From: Patescibacteria group bacterium
Lineage (GTDB): Bacteria; Patescibacteriota; Microgenomatia; UBA12405
Assembly (NCBI GenBank): GCA_013387215.1
Contig: WARW01000001.1
Coordinates: 119,301-183,300 of the forward strand
DNA: 64,000 bases
Direction: 5' to 3'
Part shown: in pieces, positions 20,170 to 30,643 of the stretch
Position numbering within the stretch: position 1 is the stretch's first letter
How the letters are laid out: every line of letters begins with the position of its first letter
Made by a program: the position numbers and the translations under genes
The notes under the pieces: model-generated
Told to the model about the DNA's origin: nothing
Database searches by the model: none
The model's input: only the letters and a program-made list of their open reading frames with translations

Positions 20170-21255
20170 ATGGCAGCCACGTTAAACATATCCAAAGTCA
20201 AGCAAAACTTACTTAATCAGGCGAAGAAGCTTCATTATCTTACCAATGATGAAATTCTAAGTCAAATCCCTGAACCAGAAAAACACATTGAAGAGGTAGA
20301 TGAAGTTTTTGACTATCTTTTCGAAAGAGGGATTGATGTATTCGATAAAGTTGAATCCAAAGAAATAATTGATATTGAAAAAGATAAGATAAGTTCTTCC
20401 GATCTTTTGAGTCTTTTAGTTCAAAAGGGAAATGTTGACTCAGTCAGAATGTACTTAAAAGAAATCGGTAAAATCGATCTTTTAAGTTTCGATGAAGAAG
20501 TTTCTCTCGCAAAAGATATTGAAAAAGGTTCTAAAGCTGCTCGTGAGGCCTTAATTAACGCCAATTTGAGACTTGTTGTTTCCATTGCTAAAAAATATAT
20601 CGGCCGTGGTTTAACTTTCCTCGATCTTGTTCAGGAAGGAAATCAAGGTTTAATGCGCGCTGTTGAAAAATTCGATTGGACCAGAGGTTTCAAATTCTCA
20701 ACTTATGCTACTTGGTGGATCAGACAAGCAATCACTCGTGCTATTGCAGATCAGGCTAAAACCATCCGTATTCCGGTTCACATGGTTGAAACCATCAACA
20801 AAGTCTATAAAGCCACTCGTGCATTAACTCAAAGATTAGGTCACGAACCAACTATTGAACAAATTGCTGATGAAGTCGGTATTTCTATCGATAAGGTTGA
20901 AGAAATCTACAGAATTTCCCAAGATACCACTTCACTTTCCACCCCAGTCGGTGATGATGAAGATTCATTTTTGGGAGATTTTATTGAAGATACCACTCAA
21001 TTATCTCCATACGAAGAAACTTCCAAAGATCTTTTGCGTGAATCCATTGAAGAAGTTTTAAACACTCTTGATGAAAGAGAAACTAAAGTTTTATCTCTTC
21101 GTTTTGGTTTAATGGGTGAAACTCCAAAAACTCTTGAAGAAGTCGGTAAAATTTTCAACGTTACTCGTGAACGTATCAGACAAATCGAAGCCAAAGCTCT
21201 AAGAAAACTTCGCCATCCATCTAGAAGAAAGAAACTTCAAGATTATCTTGAATAA
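20170..21255 (+). CDS. rpoD: RNA polymerase primary sigma factor (sigma-70 family)
   Basis: Region 2 ([39 protein letters not shown]), region 3 and region 4 helix-turn-helix ([30 protein letters not shown]). Sits in the conserved dnaG-rpoD arrangement. Confidence 0.9.
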   Translation: MAATLNISKVKQNLLNQAKKLHYLTNDEILSQIPEPEKHIEEVDEVFDYLFERGIDVFDKVESKEIIDIEKDKISSSDLLSLLVQKGNVDSVRMYLKEIGKIDLLSFDEEVSLAKDIEKGSKAAREALINANLRLVVSIAKKYIGRGLTFLDLVQEGNQGLMRAVEKFDWTRGFKFSTYATWWIRQAITRAIADQAKTIRIPVHMVETINKVYKATRALTQRLGHEPTIEQIADEVGISIDKVEEIYRISQDTTSLSTPVGDDEDSFLGDFIEDTTQLSPYEETSKDLLRESIEEVLNTLDERETKVLSLRFGLMGETPKTLEEVGKIFNVTRERIRQIEAKALRKLRHPSRRKKLQDYLE

Positions 21256-21523
21256 TTAAAAACTTTTTCTTTATAATTAAATTTGCCCTTCGTTTGTTTT
21301 CTCATCTTTTCGAAGATGCCATTTAATTATTTAGATGGTTAAAGACAAATTAAGGGCATTTTTGATTCAGGAAACTAAATAGGCGAAAAATGATATTTCT
21401 TGTAGCCATTTAAGAAGAAATATCATATTACATGATAAAATAGCATTTACCTTAACGTAAAAAAATACGATGGACTTTAGGCCAGAAGTATTTTATAATC
21501 AAAAACAGTCTACAGATAAACAT

Positions 21524-21599
21524 TCCCCTGTAGCTCAGTCGGTAGAGCGTCCGCCTGTTAAGCGGCAGGTCCTTGGTTCGAGTCCAAGCGGGGGAGCCA
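21524..21599 (+). tRNA. tRNA-Asn (anticodon GTT), CCA encoded
   Basis: TCCCCTG-TA-GCTC-AGTCGGTA-GAGC-G-TCCGC-CTGTTAA-GCGGC-AGGTC-CTTGG-TTCGAGT-CCAAG-CGGGGGA-G-CCA. Closely resembles canonical bacterial tRNA-Asn. Confidence 0.85.
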
Positions 21600-23177
21600 T
21601 ACTGGATTTGCAGGTCGCAAATCATCATTTTTCTCCATAATATCCGTATACTTTTGAGGTTCTAGCCAACCTTTATATTTTTCACTCCAATTTTGTTTAT
21701 CAGCCAATATTCCATATTCAGGTTTTAGCTTAACATCCACTAATTTATCAGTATTGAAGATGAGGTTCGCGCCAATAGTCATAAGAATCATTTGTTTATC
21801 AGCTCTAGAACCACTATTAAATTTGTATTGGCAAACTCTGGCAAATTCAATAGTATTTTCAACCTTGGTTCTCCAATCATCTAAGTCGTCAGTTGTACTA
21901 TCTAATTTGACCTTAATTTCATTTTTTTTAGCTTCAAGAATTTGTTTTTTCTCTTTGTAAGTTAGGTCATCAATAGTTTCATCCAGTTTCATGTCTAAAA
22001 GCTTATTCAATCGTCTTTCTATATTAGATAATTCTGTTTGTTGAGATTTAAGTTTTTCTTCTTTAAAACCAGATTCATCTTTATGAATGACAGAAAGCCA
22101 TTTGTTTGACCAATTAATGAAATCTTGGTCAGGAGTAAGTTTTATTAACAATGTGTCTAACTGTTTTAAAACATCTGCTTCGGTCAATGGTTTTGAATCA
22201 CACTTAATCTTTTTATTTTTCTTAGTGCAGTGGTAATAAGTGTAAGTAACAATTCGCCCAGTTCCTAAATAATGTTTAGTTTTTTGAGAAGCTGTTATTG
22301 CAGAACCGCATTTTTGACAACGAAATAACCCTGTTAAGTCAAAAGTATGGGTATGAGCAACTGGTTTACCAAATTTACCCAAAGCTTTCTGAACAATATC
22401 AAACTGTTCTCTGGTAATCATTGGTTCATGATGCCCATTAAACCAATTACCTGAACCTTGTGGATACTCAAATTCACCATAATAAAAAGGTTTATTAAGA
22501 ATATTGTAAAAAGTTGACCTTGAAAAAATTTGACCATGTTGGTTAGTTAATTTCCAAATCTCCGAAGCTTCTTTATAAACTTCAATTGCTTGTTTTCCTT
22601 TAATAACTTCCAAAAATAGTCTTTTAACCAAATCAAACCTTTCTTCGTCCTTAACAATTACTTTAAATCCTTTCTTTCTGTCTGGAGTATTCTTGTAACC
22701 CAACGGGGAAGATGATGGCATCCAGCCCATACCAGCTTTTGTACCCATTCCTCTTTTTGCATTTATTCCACGATTATCATTTTCTAATTTTGCCTGTCCA
22801 CATAAAATATTAAATAAAAATTTATCATTTGGATTGTTTCTAAAAACTTGGGTAGGAGTAATTATTTCGTCTAAAACATTTCTATCCATCATATAAATTA
22901 TTTGACCAGAATCTACTGAATTTCTGGATAGTCTGTCTGGATTCCATACAAGTATTTTTTTAACTTGTTGAGATTCCATATCTTTTAGTAATTGATTAAA
23001 AATTGGTCTTCCTGGCTTTTTGGCAGATTGTGATTCTTCATAATATGGAGTAACTAATTCAAGACCATCTCTTTTAGCTAATTTTTCTAAAGCTTCAATT
23101 TGAGAAGGGATAGAAAGAGCTTGTCTTTCTTCATCTTCTTGTGATTTTCTACAGTAAACAAAAACTTGGTTTTTCAT
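21558..23177 (-). CDS. large serine recombinase (resolvase/invertase N-terminal domain, recombinase and zinc-ribbon domains)
   Basis: N-terminus MKNQVFVYCRKSQEDEERQ...LSIPSQ (catalytic Ser region YxRxS), a long recombinase domain and a Cys-rich zinc ribbon (CQKCGS...YYHC). The last 14 codons (WLPRLDSNQGPAA) are encoded antisense to the tRNA-Asn 3' half; the stop codon lies in the anticodon loop. Start placed at the second Met. Confidence 0.8.
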   Translation of the reverse strand: MKNQVFVYCRKSQEDEERQALSIPSQIEALEKLAKRDGLELVTPYYEESQSAKKPGRPIFNQLLKDMESQQVKKILVWNPDRLSRNSVDSGQIIYMMDRNVLDEIITPTQVFRNNPNDKFLFNILCGQAKLENDNRGINAKRGMGTKAGMGWMPSSSPLGYKNTPDRKKGFKVIVKDEERFDLVKRLFLEVIKGKQAIEVYKEASEIWKLTNQHGQIFSRSTFYNILNKPFYYGEFEYPQGSGNWFNGHHEPMITREQFDIVQKALGKFGKPVAHTHTFDLTGLFRCQKCGSAITASQKTKHYLGTGRIVTYTYYHCTKKNKKIKCDSKPLTEADVLKQLDTLLIKLTPDQDFINWSNKWLSVIHKDESGFKEEKLKSQQTELSNIERRLNKLLDMKLDETIDDLTYKEKKQILEAKKNEIKVKLDSTTDDLDDWRTKVENTIEFARVCQYKFNSGSRADKQMILMTIGANLIFNTDKLVDVKLKPEYGILADKQNWSEKYKGWLEPQKYTDIMEKNDDLRPANPVWLPRLDSNQGPAA

Positions 23178-23459
23178 AAAATAAATTAAAAAATAAAAAT
23201 ACCCTCGCTGGTGCAACCAGAACTTATACAGCTCTGTCCAACGAGGGTATTTCTAAGTTGTATAAATTGTTCTGGTTGCATAATAATTATACTATTTTTG
23301 AATCATAAATTCACTATTTTTCTCCTAATAAACCAATAATATTAAATAGTTATTAAAGTAATAGTTACATTAATAAAATTAACCTTATAAGTAATAAATT
23401 ATTATTAATTTATTAAAGTAAAAGTTACTCTATAGTTAGAGTTACTATATACATAGTTA

Positions 23460-23798
23460 CTAGAAGGGTATTTCCTCTGGAATAATAATGTCTTCTATTG
23501 GTTCTTCGTTTAATTGCTTATTTTTGTAAGCTTCGTATATTTCTTTTTCCATTTTTCCCCAAGATGTTTCGTCTTCAACATAAACAATAGTTGGATATTT
23601 TCCATAAGCATTTCTTTGACTTGTTGGCTTAATGTTTATTTTTTCGTTTAATCTGCTATTCAAAATATCACTTTCCCAAATTTGAAAACCTTTTATTGTT
23701 ATCCATCCAAAACCTTCAGTTAGAAGGGTAATGTTGGCATTTGCTAATAATTTCCCCCTGTTTTGTATTTTTATATTTATTTTTATATTTTTGTCCAT
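23460..23798 (-). CDS. SpoVG-like protein (putative)
   Basis: INIKIQNRGKLLANANITLLTEGFGWITIKGFQIW follows the SpoVG pattern of an alternating beta-strand core with a conserved G-K-L-x-A; weak. Confidence 0.35.
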   Translation of the reverse strand: MDKNIKINIKIQNRGKLLANANITLLTEGFGWITIKGFQIWESDILNSRLNEKINIKPTSQRNAYGKYPTIVYVEDETSWGKMEKEIYEAYKNKQLNEEPIEDIIIPEEIPF

Positions 23799-23818
23799 AA
23801 ATCATTAAATAATTAACC

Positions 23819-24043
23819 TCAAATATCAAGAAAAATTTTCAATGCATAAATCAATTCAGGTTTTGTTTTATACTCTCCGCAATTGACCAACCCTTTTTCG
23901 TAAGTAACACGAACTTTATAAAGGCAATTTTGAAAATTATTAGCTTCAATGAATTTATTAATTCTTCTTATTTTTCTACTGGCAATACTTTTCACCACTT
24001 TTGAATTAGAAATTATTTTTATAGAAATATTAGGCTTGTTCAT
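23819..24043 (-). CDS. hypothetical protein
   Basis: ORF only. Confidence 0.25.
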   Translation of the reverse strand: MNKPNISIKIISNSKVVKSIASRKIRRINKFIEANNFQNCLYKVRVTYEKGLVNCGEYKTKPELIYALKIFLDI

Positions 24044-24473
24044 TTTTAGATGGGGTTTTACTAGTAATTAAGTACCTTAAATTTAAGAATGCTTCGGCTT
24101 TTATTTTTGCTTCGTTAAATTCCAACAGCACACCACACTTGTCTTTATAGATTTTTTGAAATTCAATTACTGCTTCTTCTGGCAAGTTCATAACATTTCA
24201 TGAATCCTTGCTTTTAGAGTTTTTGTTTGTGCAAAAAACTCAGAAGCATCAACTTGTAAATTTTTGTTCCAAAAGTTTGAAATCAATTCTCGTAGTTGGG
24301 GAGTATCATCAAAGCAAAATAAGCAGTTATTGTTAGTAGGGTCTTTTTCTATAGAAGTTATTGGTAGAAAAAGGGAGAGAGCTGATGCTAGAGATAATGA
24401 ATTTGTCTTGTATTTTTTCATTTAATGTAGAGTGTTTTAATTTCTCTACACTAATTCTCCCAAAGGGTACGGG

Positions 24474-25328
24474 TTATTTGGTTACAATTTTTCGGGTGGA
24501 TTTTTGTCGCTTTTTGCAAAATAAAACATTTATATCCCTGTCGTAGCTTTGTTTTAGTGTTGAACCTGGAGGAACATATCTAAATTTTCCACTAATTGTC
24601 ATTTTCGCTTCCATTGTGTCAAAAGTTATTTTATCTTTACTATCCTTCATTTTATGTATTTCCAATTCTTCTTCTGTTAAGGGTTTTTTGATGTGTTTGG
24701 GTAAGTTTTTCAATAGTCTGTTTAGTCTATTGCGTTTTTTCTTAATAAATTCAATTATTGCTTCAGGACTAACTTTTGAAGTTATCTTAATAAATACTGC
24801 TTTTTCATCGTTTTGATTTTCATCTCTATCTTTGTCACTTTCGTTGAATATTGTTTGGATTGAAATTCCGCCAAAATCACTATTATCTGATGACGATGGT
24901 ATTACAACATTTGCCAATAAAATTGATTTTATTTGTTTCTCTACAAAATGGTCACAATTGTATTTTTCTAGTATTTTATTAATTTCATTATCAACTTTTT
25001 TATTAAAATCTTTATTTATTTGTGCCAAATCAGGATTATCAAATGTATTGGTATTAAATGGGTAATAATATGATTTGAAATCATCATAATCTAAACCATC
25101 AATAGGTATTCCGATATTTTCTCTAGCTTTTAGTATTTCTTTTTTAAATACTGGATTAATCTCTAGTCTTTTTACCTTTTCACAATCTTCAGCCGAAAAA
25201 TTAGCTAAACCAGGATATTCATTCCTAATTTTTTCTAAATCGTTTAAGTTTTGTGTTGGATTAAAAAGCAATCCTCCTACAGCAAACCATATTTTCATCT
25301 GTATTTTATATTTATCTAGATAACACAC
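24474..25328 (-). CDS. hypothetical protein
   Basis: 284-aa ORF with no recognisable motif; lysine-rich C-terminus. Confidence 0.3.
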   Translation of the reverse strand: MCYLDKYKIQMKIWFAVGGLLFNPTQNLNDLEKIRNEYPGLANFSAEDCEKVKRLEINPVFKKEILKARENIGIPIDGLDYDDFKSYYYPFNTNTFDNPDLAQINKDFNKKVDNEINKILEKYNCDHFVEKQIKSILLANVVIPSSSDNSDFGGISIQTIFNESDKDRDENQNDEKAVFIKITSKVSPEAIIEFIKKKRNRLNRLLKNLPKHIKKPLTEEELEIHKMKDSKDKITFDTMEAKMTISGKFRYVPPGSTLKQSYDRDINVLFCKKRQKSTRKIVTK

Positions 25329-25360
25329 TTATTATCTCTTATTTAAGCCAAAATATACAC

Positions 25361-25552
25361 TCACAGCTTATTATGTCTAGCCTTATACTGTCTTAATCTT
25401 CTGAATATAAAATATGAAGCAATCAAAAACACTGGATACGCAAACAAATCAAAAGCCATTAATTTTTCAAAAACAACCATTATCATTAATCCGACAAAAG
25501 CCAATAATAAAGAAAATACAATATCTTTAATCAGATTAAAAACTTTTTTCAT
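25361..25552 (-). CDS. small membrane protein
   Basis: 63 aa with two TM helices. Confidence 0.3.
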   Translation of the reverse strand: MKKVFNLIKDIVFSLLLAFVGLMIMVVFEKLMAFDLFAYPVFLIASYFIFRRLRQYKARHNKL

Positions 25553-25582
25553 AATATTTTTTGATTTATTTATAAAGTTCGT

Positions 25583-26044
25583 CTATTTATTTAGGAAAAT
25601 TAAAATAGCCGAGATTATTAAAACTAATATACAAATGGCTACAACATTCTTTTGCGCGGTTGACCATGAATTAATTTCAGCAGATTCTTTCGGATACAGA
25701 CTTGCCAAAACTTCAGGATGTTTGAAAAATAATGGAATTATTCCAATTAGAAAATATAGTGAATAATTAAAAATAGGCAATGAATCAGAAATGTACTTTA
25801 GTATCTGTAAAGCCGACCCAACTAAAAAAATACCAACCGACATAAATCCTGATAAATATGCTAGTTTTTTACTCCAGTCACCTGATTTAAATTTTTCATC
25901 TTTAAGTATGGAGTAAAAAGTAAAAGGAAATAATATAGCAAGCACTACAATAACTATTGGAGCGATAGTGTTCAATAGTTTGCACATTGATAAATCTGGA
26001 TTTGAATTACAAGCCTGATTAATTTGACGGCTTAATATGCTCAT
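25583..26044 (-). CDS. membrane protein
   Basis: Four predicted TM helices. Confidence 0.35.
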   Translation of the reverse strand: MSILSRQINQACNSNPDLSMCKLLNTIAPIVIVVLAILFPFTFYSILKDEKFKSGDWSKKLAYLSGFMSVGIFLVGSALQILKYISDSLPIFNYSLYFLIGIIPLFFKHPEVLASLYPKESAEINSWSTAQKNVVAICILVLIISAILIFLNK

Positions 26045-26163
26045 ATTTATGTTTATGTAACCATTTTTACTATTAACTGGTGGTTAATGAAATATACCAT
26101 TATTCTGGTTCAAATCATAACCAGTGGTTAATAAACTTATATTGGATAGATTGGTAACTTTGT

Positions 26164-26385
26164 TTGATGGAAGACAGAAAAATTACCAAGAAAGATTTAC
26201 TTTTCGGAAAGAGGCTTCAGCGAGCAAGGAAAAGCGCTGGGTTTACACAGGAGAAATTGGCTGACAAAATTAGAATGAGCACTACATTTATTGGCTTAGT
26301 TGAGACGGGAAAAAGAAGACCAAGTATGAAGACATTACAAAAAATTGCTTCTGCTTTGAATGTAAACATTAGAGAACTGTTTTGA
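26164..26385 (+). CDS. XRE-family HTH transcriptional regulator
   Basis: Classic HTH_3: LRKSAGFTQEKLADKIRMSTTFIGLVETGKRRPSMKTLQKIASALNV. Confidence 0.7.
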   Translation: MMEDRKITKKDLLFGKRLQRARKSAGFTQEKLADKIRMSTTFIGLVETGKRRPSMKTLQKIASALNVNIRELF

Positions 26386-26406
26386 GTAAATAGTAGACAA
26401 GTTTGA

Positions 26407-26766
26407 TTGGTATTCATATTAACAATTTATTATCCACAGGTTTATAATGTGGTAAGGATAAATACAAATATGAAGTACATTTGCGTTATTTCTGCTTTAT
26501 TACTTCTAATAGCTATTCCAAATTGGCTACCATATGATTTTTATGTTCTGTTAAGGTGGATTATTTTTATCTCTTCAATTTACACTTCATACTTTTTTTA
26601 TAAGTCAAAGCAAAAAGGTTGGATTTTCGTTTTTATTGCCATAGCATTTTTATTCAACCCCATAATTCCTGTTTATCTAAATAAGTCCGACTGGATTCCA
26701 ATTGACCTAATTAGTCTAGTTTTATTCTCAATCGCAGCATTTTCAAATAAAAATGAAATTAAATAA
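26407..26766 (+). CDS. small polytopic membrane protein (first gene of the zinc-ribbon membrane operon)
   Basis: Three to four TM helices; overlaps the next gene by 14 nt. Confidence 0.4.
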   Translation: MVFILTIYYPQVYNVVRINTNMKYICVISALLLLIAIPNWLPYDFYVLLRWIIFISSIYTSYFFYKSKQKGWIFVFIAIAFLFNPIIPVYLNKSDWIPIDLISLVLFSIAAFSNKNEIK

Positions 26767-27472
26767 ATTTTATCCAACAGTAATTAATTTCGGCGCAAAT
26801 ACAATTTATATTTTTTCATTCTTAATTCTTATACTTAATTTTTTTTCAGGAATTGTAGGAGGATTATGGTTGTTATTTTCTGGCGGTTGGGGATTAATTG
26901 TATCTGGCATTGTAATGTCAATTTTTATGCCATATGGATGGTCTATTGCATTTTTACTTCAATTAATACTTGCTCCATTTTTAACAAAAGCAGCTGAAAA
27001 GGGCAGTAAATTTTGGGTGGCGATATTAGGTTTTATAGCTAATTTTTATGGTAATTTTTTAATTATTTTATGGACATATTTTGCGTTTAATTTTTTTATG
27101 GATTACCGAACAGAATATGCTCTTCTCCCATTGCTCTTGCTGGGTTATTCGGTCGCATTAGGTCCTCTTCAGTACATGGCAAAGAAAGAAGGTCCTGATA
27201 GTAGTGGTTCATTTTTAGGTGTTTTTCTTGCCCAACTGGGGTACATAGTTTTATCAATAGTCACATTAGCTGGTGGTGTTCCTAATTTTACTATACTTGT
27301 TTTAATTGCCCTTAGTTTTTCATTAATAATTGCAATAATAACTGCGACATCAATAAAACCATCTGTTTCAATGGTGGTAGAGGAGTCGTATTTAGTTGAT
27401 AATTGCCCTAATTGTGGCTTTAGTAAAAATGAGGGAGATTCTTTTTGTACTAATTGTGGTTATAAATTATAA
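26753..27472 (+). CDS. polytopic membrane protein with C-terminal zinc ribbon
   Basis: Six TM helices, then C-terminal CPNCGFSKNEGDSFCTNCGYKL (C-x2-C...C-x2-C). Confidence 0.45.
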   Translation: MKLNKFYPTVINFGANTIYIFSFLILILNFFSGIVGGLWLLFSGGWGLIVSGIVMSIFMPYGWSIAFLLQLILAPFLTKAAEKGSKFWVAILGFIANFYGNFLIILWTYFAFNFFMDYRTEYALLPLLLLGYSVALGPLQYMAKKEGPDSSGSFLGVFLAQLGYIVLSIVTLAGGVPNFTILVLIALSFSLIIAIITATSIKPSVSMVVEESYLVDNCPNCGFSKNEGDSFCTNCGYKL

Positions 27473-27478
27473 AAAAAT

Positions 27479-27985
27479 ATGAAATGCAATAAATGTAAAA
27501 AAAATAATCCAGAGGGTAGTAAATTCTGCTCATCCTGTGGTGCAAATTTGTCCGAAAAAACATCATTTGAACATCAAGAATTGATGGATAAAATTATAGA
27601 CCATCTGGAATTTATTGGATATGAAATTGATAAACCTATTGAATTAGAAGACGGAAAACATATGCAGGTTATTGCTATCAATAAAAACAGGTCAAACCTA
27701 ATAATCACCTTTAATGCCAGTGGTTTGGTTACATTTGTGTCTAATTATTCTATCAACCAGGATAAAGTAACCAAAAAGTGGCTAGATGCGTTAGAGTGTG
27801 TAAATAAGATGAACCTCGTCGCTTCAGTGTGTACTTATTGTTTTAATGAAAGTAAAGATGCGCTAGTCTGTTGTTCCTGGTATCCAAGTGAATATTCCAA
27901 GAAGACATTTTCTTTCTTTTTAGACATCTATGAGGCAGATATTAAAGCTAGATTTAATTCTAGTGGAATTATGGATTTTGCTTAA
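27479..27985 (+). CDS. zinc-ribbon protein with YbjN-like (putative sensory transduction regulator) domain
   Basis: N-terminal CNKCKKNNPEGSKFCSSCG zinc ribbon, then a ~130-aa alpha/beta domain whose pattern resembles YbjN/T3SS-chaperone-like folds; weak. Confidence 0.35.
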   Translation: MKCNKCKKNNPEGSKFCSSCGANLSEKTSFEHQELMDKIIDHLEFIGYEIDKPIELEDGKHMQVIAINKNRSNLIITFNASGLVTFVSNYSINQDKVTKKWLDALECVNKMNLVASVCTYCFNESKDALVCCSWYPSEYSKKTFSFFLDIYEADIKARFNSSGIMDFA

Positions 27986-27988
27986 AAT

Positions 27989-28750
27989 ATGTCTGAAAAT
28001 AAAGTTGAAACATGGATGTTTAAGGAAAAGGGAGAAGACTTAAATTTATTTTTTTCTATAGTTTTAACTATTATTTTGGGTATATTTTTTGCAAATGTAA
28101 ATTTCTGGCTTACGATTGGTCTTGCATTTATCGGAATTATTTATATAAAACTTCAACAAGCTCAATTAATTGGTAGTGCGTTAGAAATTTCAGAAAACCA
28201 GTTTTCAGAAATTTACCAAATTTTCAGTGAGTATAAAAATAGACTTGGTATCAAACACGCTAGATTATTTATTGTTCAAGACCCGAATCCAAATGGTTTT
28301 ACTATTGGCTTTCCTAAGGCATCAATTGTTTTGACATCATCGCTGGTTGAAGGTTTGAATTTAGATGAATTAAGTTTTGTGATTGGTCATGAGCTAGGAC
28401 ATATTAAAGCCAGGCACAATTTTATACTTACATTCATCAGCCCTTTTGGCTCAAATATTCCCGCTGCAACATACTTATTTTCTTTTTGGCAGAGAAAAGC
28501 AGAATACACTTGTGACAAATGCAGCTTAATACTGAATAAAAAAATTGAACCAGCCATTGATACATTAATGAAAATCAGTATTGGAATGAAATTAATAAAA
28601 AAAGTGAATCTTGATGCATACAAAGAGCAGTTGGTTGGTTCAGAGAGTGGTATAACCAAAACGAGTGAATTGTTGTTTGACCATCCATTAACAACAAACA
28701 GAATTAAAAAAATGGTGGCATTTTGGAGAAATAATTTTATAATTAAATAA
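27989..28750 (+). CDS. membrane-embedded zinc metallopeptidase (M48/M56-like, HExxH)
   Basis: Two N-terminal TM helices followed by VIGHELGHIKARHN (HExxH) with a downstream Glu-containing helix. Confidence 0.5.
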   Translation: MSENKVETWMFKEKGEDLNLFFSIVLTIILGIFFANVNFWLTIGLAFIGIIYIKLQQAQLIGSALEISENQFSEIYQIFSEYKNRLGIKHARLFIVQDPNPNGFTIGFPKASIVLTSSLVEGLNLDELSFVIGHELGHIKARHNFILTFISPFGSNIPAATYLFSFWQRKAEYTCDKCSLILNKKIEPAIDTLMKISIGMKLIKKVNLDAYKEQLVGSESGITKTSELLFDHPLTTNRIKKMVAFWRNNFIIK

Positions 28751-28752
28751 AT

Positions 28753-29484
28753 ATGTTGTGCAAAAAATGTGGACAAAACAACGAAAATGATGGTAAGTTT
28801 TGTATTAAGTGTGGATTTGTATTAAAACCGAGTGGAAAAAAGAGAGTTGAAGATGTTCTCTTCATTCCACAAAAAGAATCTAAAAAACATAAAACGAATT
28901 GGTTTCTGATTATTTTTTCAGTCTTTGTCATAGGAATAGTTTTTATTGCCTTAGTTGCTGCAAGTGGAAACAATTCAACAACTAACAGTAATTCATCAAT
29001 TAATTCAGAAACAAAAAATGGTGAATGGCAACCATTTTCTTCTGCTGAACATGGATTTAGTATTGATTTTCCAGGGTATCCATCAACCGAAAGGGAGCCA
29101 AAGACTACATTGGAGAATGGTTATAGTTATTCTTCCACACAGTATTCATCTCAAGACAAAGATGGAGTTGATTATCTGGCATTAAGTGGAGATTATGATA
29201 TACCTCCAGAAGATTACGATAATATTACTGGACTAGAAGGAATGATTAATTATATGAATAAGCCAGGAGAGATAATAATAAGTGATACAAAACTGACAAC
29301 AATTAAGGGTTACGATGCGATTACTTTTTCCTTTAATAGTATTAAAGAAAAATACATCGGTAAAGGTATAGGGATAATTCGTGACGATTTACAATACATA
29401 AAATCATTTATTTTTATGGTTGGGTCACCAACGGGTAATATTCCAAATTACCAAAAGTTTATTAATTCATTGGAGTTTAAATAA
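28753..29484 (+). CDS. zinc-ribbon, single TM helix, extracytoplasmic domain protein
   Basis: CKKCGQNNENDGKFCIKCG zinc ribbon, one TM helix, then a Ser/Asn-rich linker and a ~170-aa outside domain. Confidence 0.45.
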   Translation: MLCKKCGQNNENDGKFCIKCGFVLKPSGKKRVEDVLFIPQKESKKHKTNWFLIIFSVFVIGIVFIALVAASGNNSTTNSNSSINSETKNGEWQPFSSAEHGFSIDFPGYPSTEREPKTTLENGYSYSSTQYSSQDKDGVDYLALSGDYDIPPEDYDNITGLEGMINYMNKPGEIIISDTKLTTIKGYDAITFSFNSIKEKYIGKGIGIIRDDLQYIKSFIFMVGSPTGNIPNYQKFINSLEFK

Positions 29485-30302
29485 TGTTTTGCAATAAATG
29501 TGGTAAAGAAATTAATCAAAATAGTAAATTTTGTAATTATTGTGGAAATAAAATTATTTTAAAAAAAGCTAATCAAAAATCTGAGATTGCGGAACAGACT
29601 CATGTTGAATCTGCTGAAGACTATATTTGGACTTGCGATTATTGTGGTAAGGAATTTGATTCTAAATCTGAATCGGATAGGCATGAAGAAACTTGTGAAA
29701 AAAATCCTAAAAATATTAAAGACGAATCAAAAAATATTTGTTCTAAGTGTGGAAGTGATAATAAAATTGAAGCAAAATTCTGCAAAAAATGTGGGAATGA
29801 AATGTTGGTAGAACAATATAATTATGCTGGTTTTTGGGTTAGATTAGGGGCATGGTTAATTGATTACGCTGGTGTTTTATTTTTTTCAGTAATTATTTAC
29901 ATTGTATTAGCGGTATTTGGATTTGAGTTAGGGGATATTGAGACTGGAGTAGACTATCTTCTTACATATGTTTATATGGTCTTATATTTCACATTTTTTA
30001 TCGCAACATGGTCAACTACTCCTGGTAAAAGAATTTATGGACTGAAAGTTGTTAATGAAGATGGAGGTAAAGTCAGTTGGTCAATGTCTTTTAAAAGAGC
30101 TTTATTGCAACCCCTTTCAACTTTTCTTTTTGGTGTTGGATATGCAGATATGAACAAAAACGGAAAAGAACAAGCTTGGCATGGTAGAAAAAGTCACACA
30201 ATTCTTACACAACAAGAAGGAGCTATTTATTTCTTTCCAATTGTATTATCAATACTAGGTTTTGTAATTTATGCTTGGGTGAGAAGTCTGTCATCAACAT
30301 AA
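29484..30302 (+). CDS. triple zinc-ribbon RDD-family membrane protein
   Basis: Three C-x2-C...C-x2-C ribbons (CNKCGK..CNYCG; CDYCGK..H..C; CSKCGS..CKKCG). An RDD-family TM domain follows (RLGAWLIDYAGVLFF...TPGKRIYGLKVV). Confidence 0.5.
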   Translation: MFCNKCGKEINQNSKFCNYCGNKIILKKANQKSEIAEQTHVESAEDYIWTCDYCGKEFDSKSESDRHEETCEKNPKNIKDESKNICSKCGSDNKIEAKFCKKCGNEMLVEQYNYAGFWVRLGAWLIDYAGVLFFSVIIYIVLAVFGFELGDIETGVDYLLTYVYMVLYFTFFIATWSTTPGKRIYGLKVVNEDGGKVSWSMSFKRALLQPLSTFLFGVGYADMNKNGKEQAWHGRKSHTILTQQEGAIYFFPIVLSILGFVIYAWVRSLSST

Positions 30303-30643
30303 TTCACAAGTTTTCTGGTTAGCCAAGAAAAAGTCTTATTTTATAATTTTTAATAACAGTGTAAATTGATTAAATATTATCGTGGAGATAGGGGGTAATT
30401 TGTTTTAGTAGTTATTAAATTACTTTACATAAAAATACTCATAAATATACACCAAAAAAGACATAATTGAGTACAAAACTAATTCAATAGTATTCTTTAT
30501 TTCAAAATTCTAAAAAGATTTTATGTAGATAATTTAGATTATTCACATGGTCGTTAACTCGTCATAAAAAGGCAGTTAGTAAGAGGTAATTTTCGTAAAA
30601 CAGTGGTAAATTATGATACATCTAAAAATAGATAAAAATACAA

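Noticed and set aside
23178-23216. N-terminal extension of recombinase 1 (MHQRGYFYFLIYF)
   Set aside because: Hydrophobic, non-conserved prefix; the canonical resolvase N-terminus begins at the second Met (MKNQVFVYCRKS).
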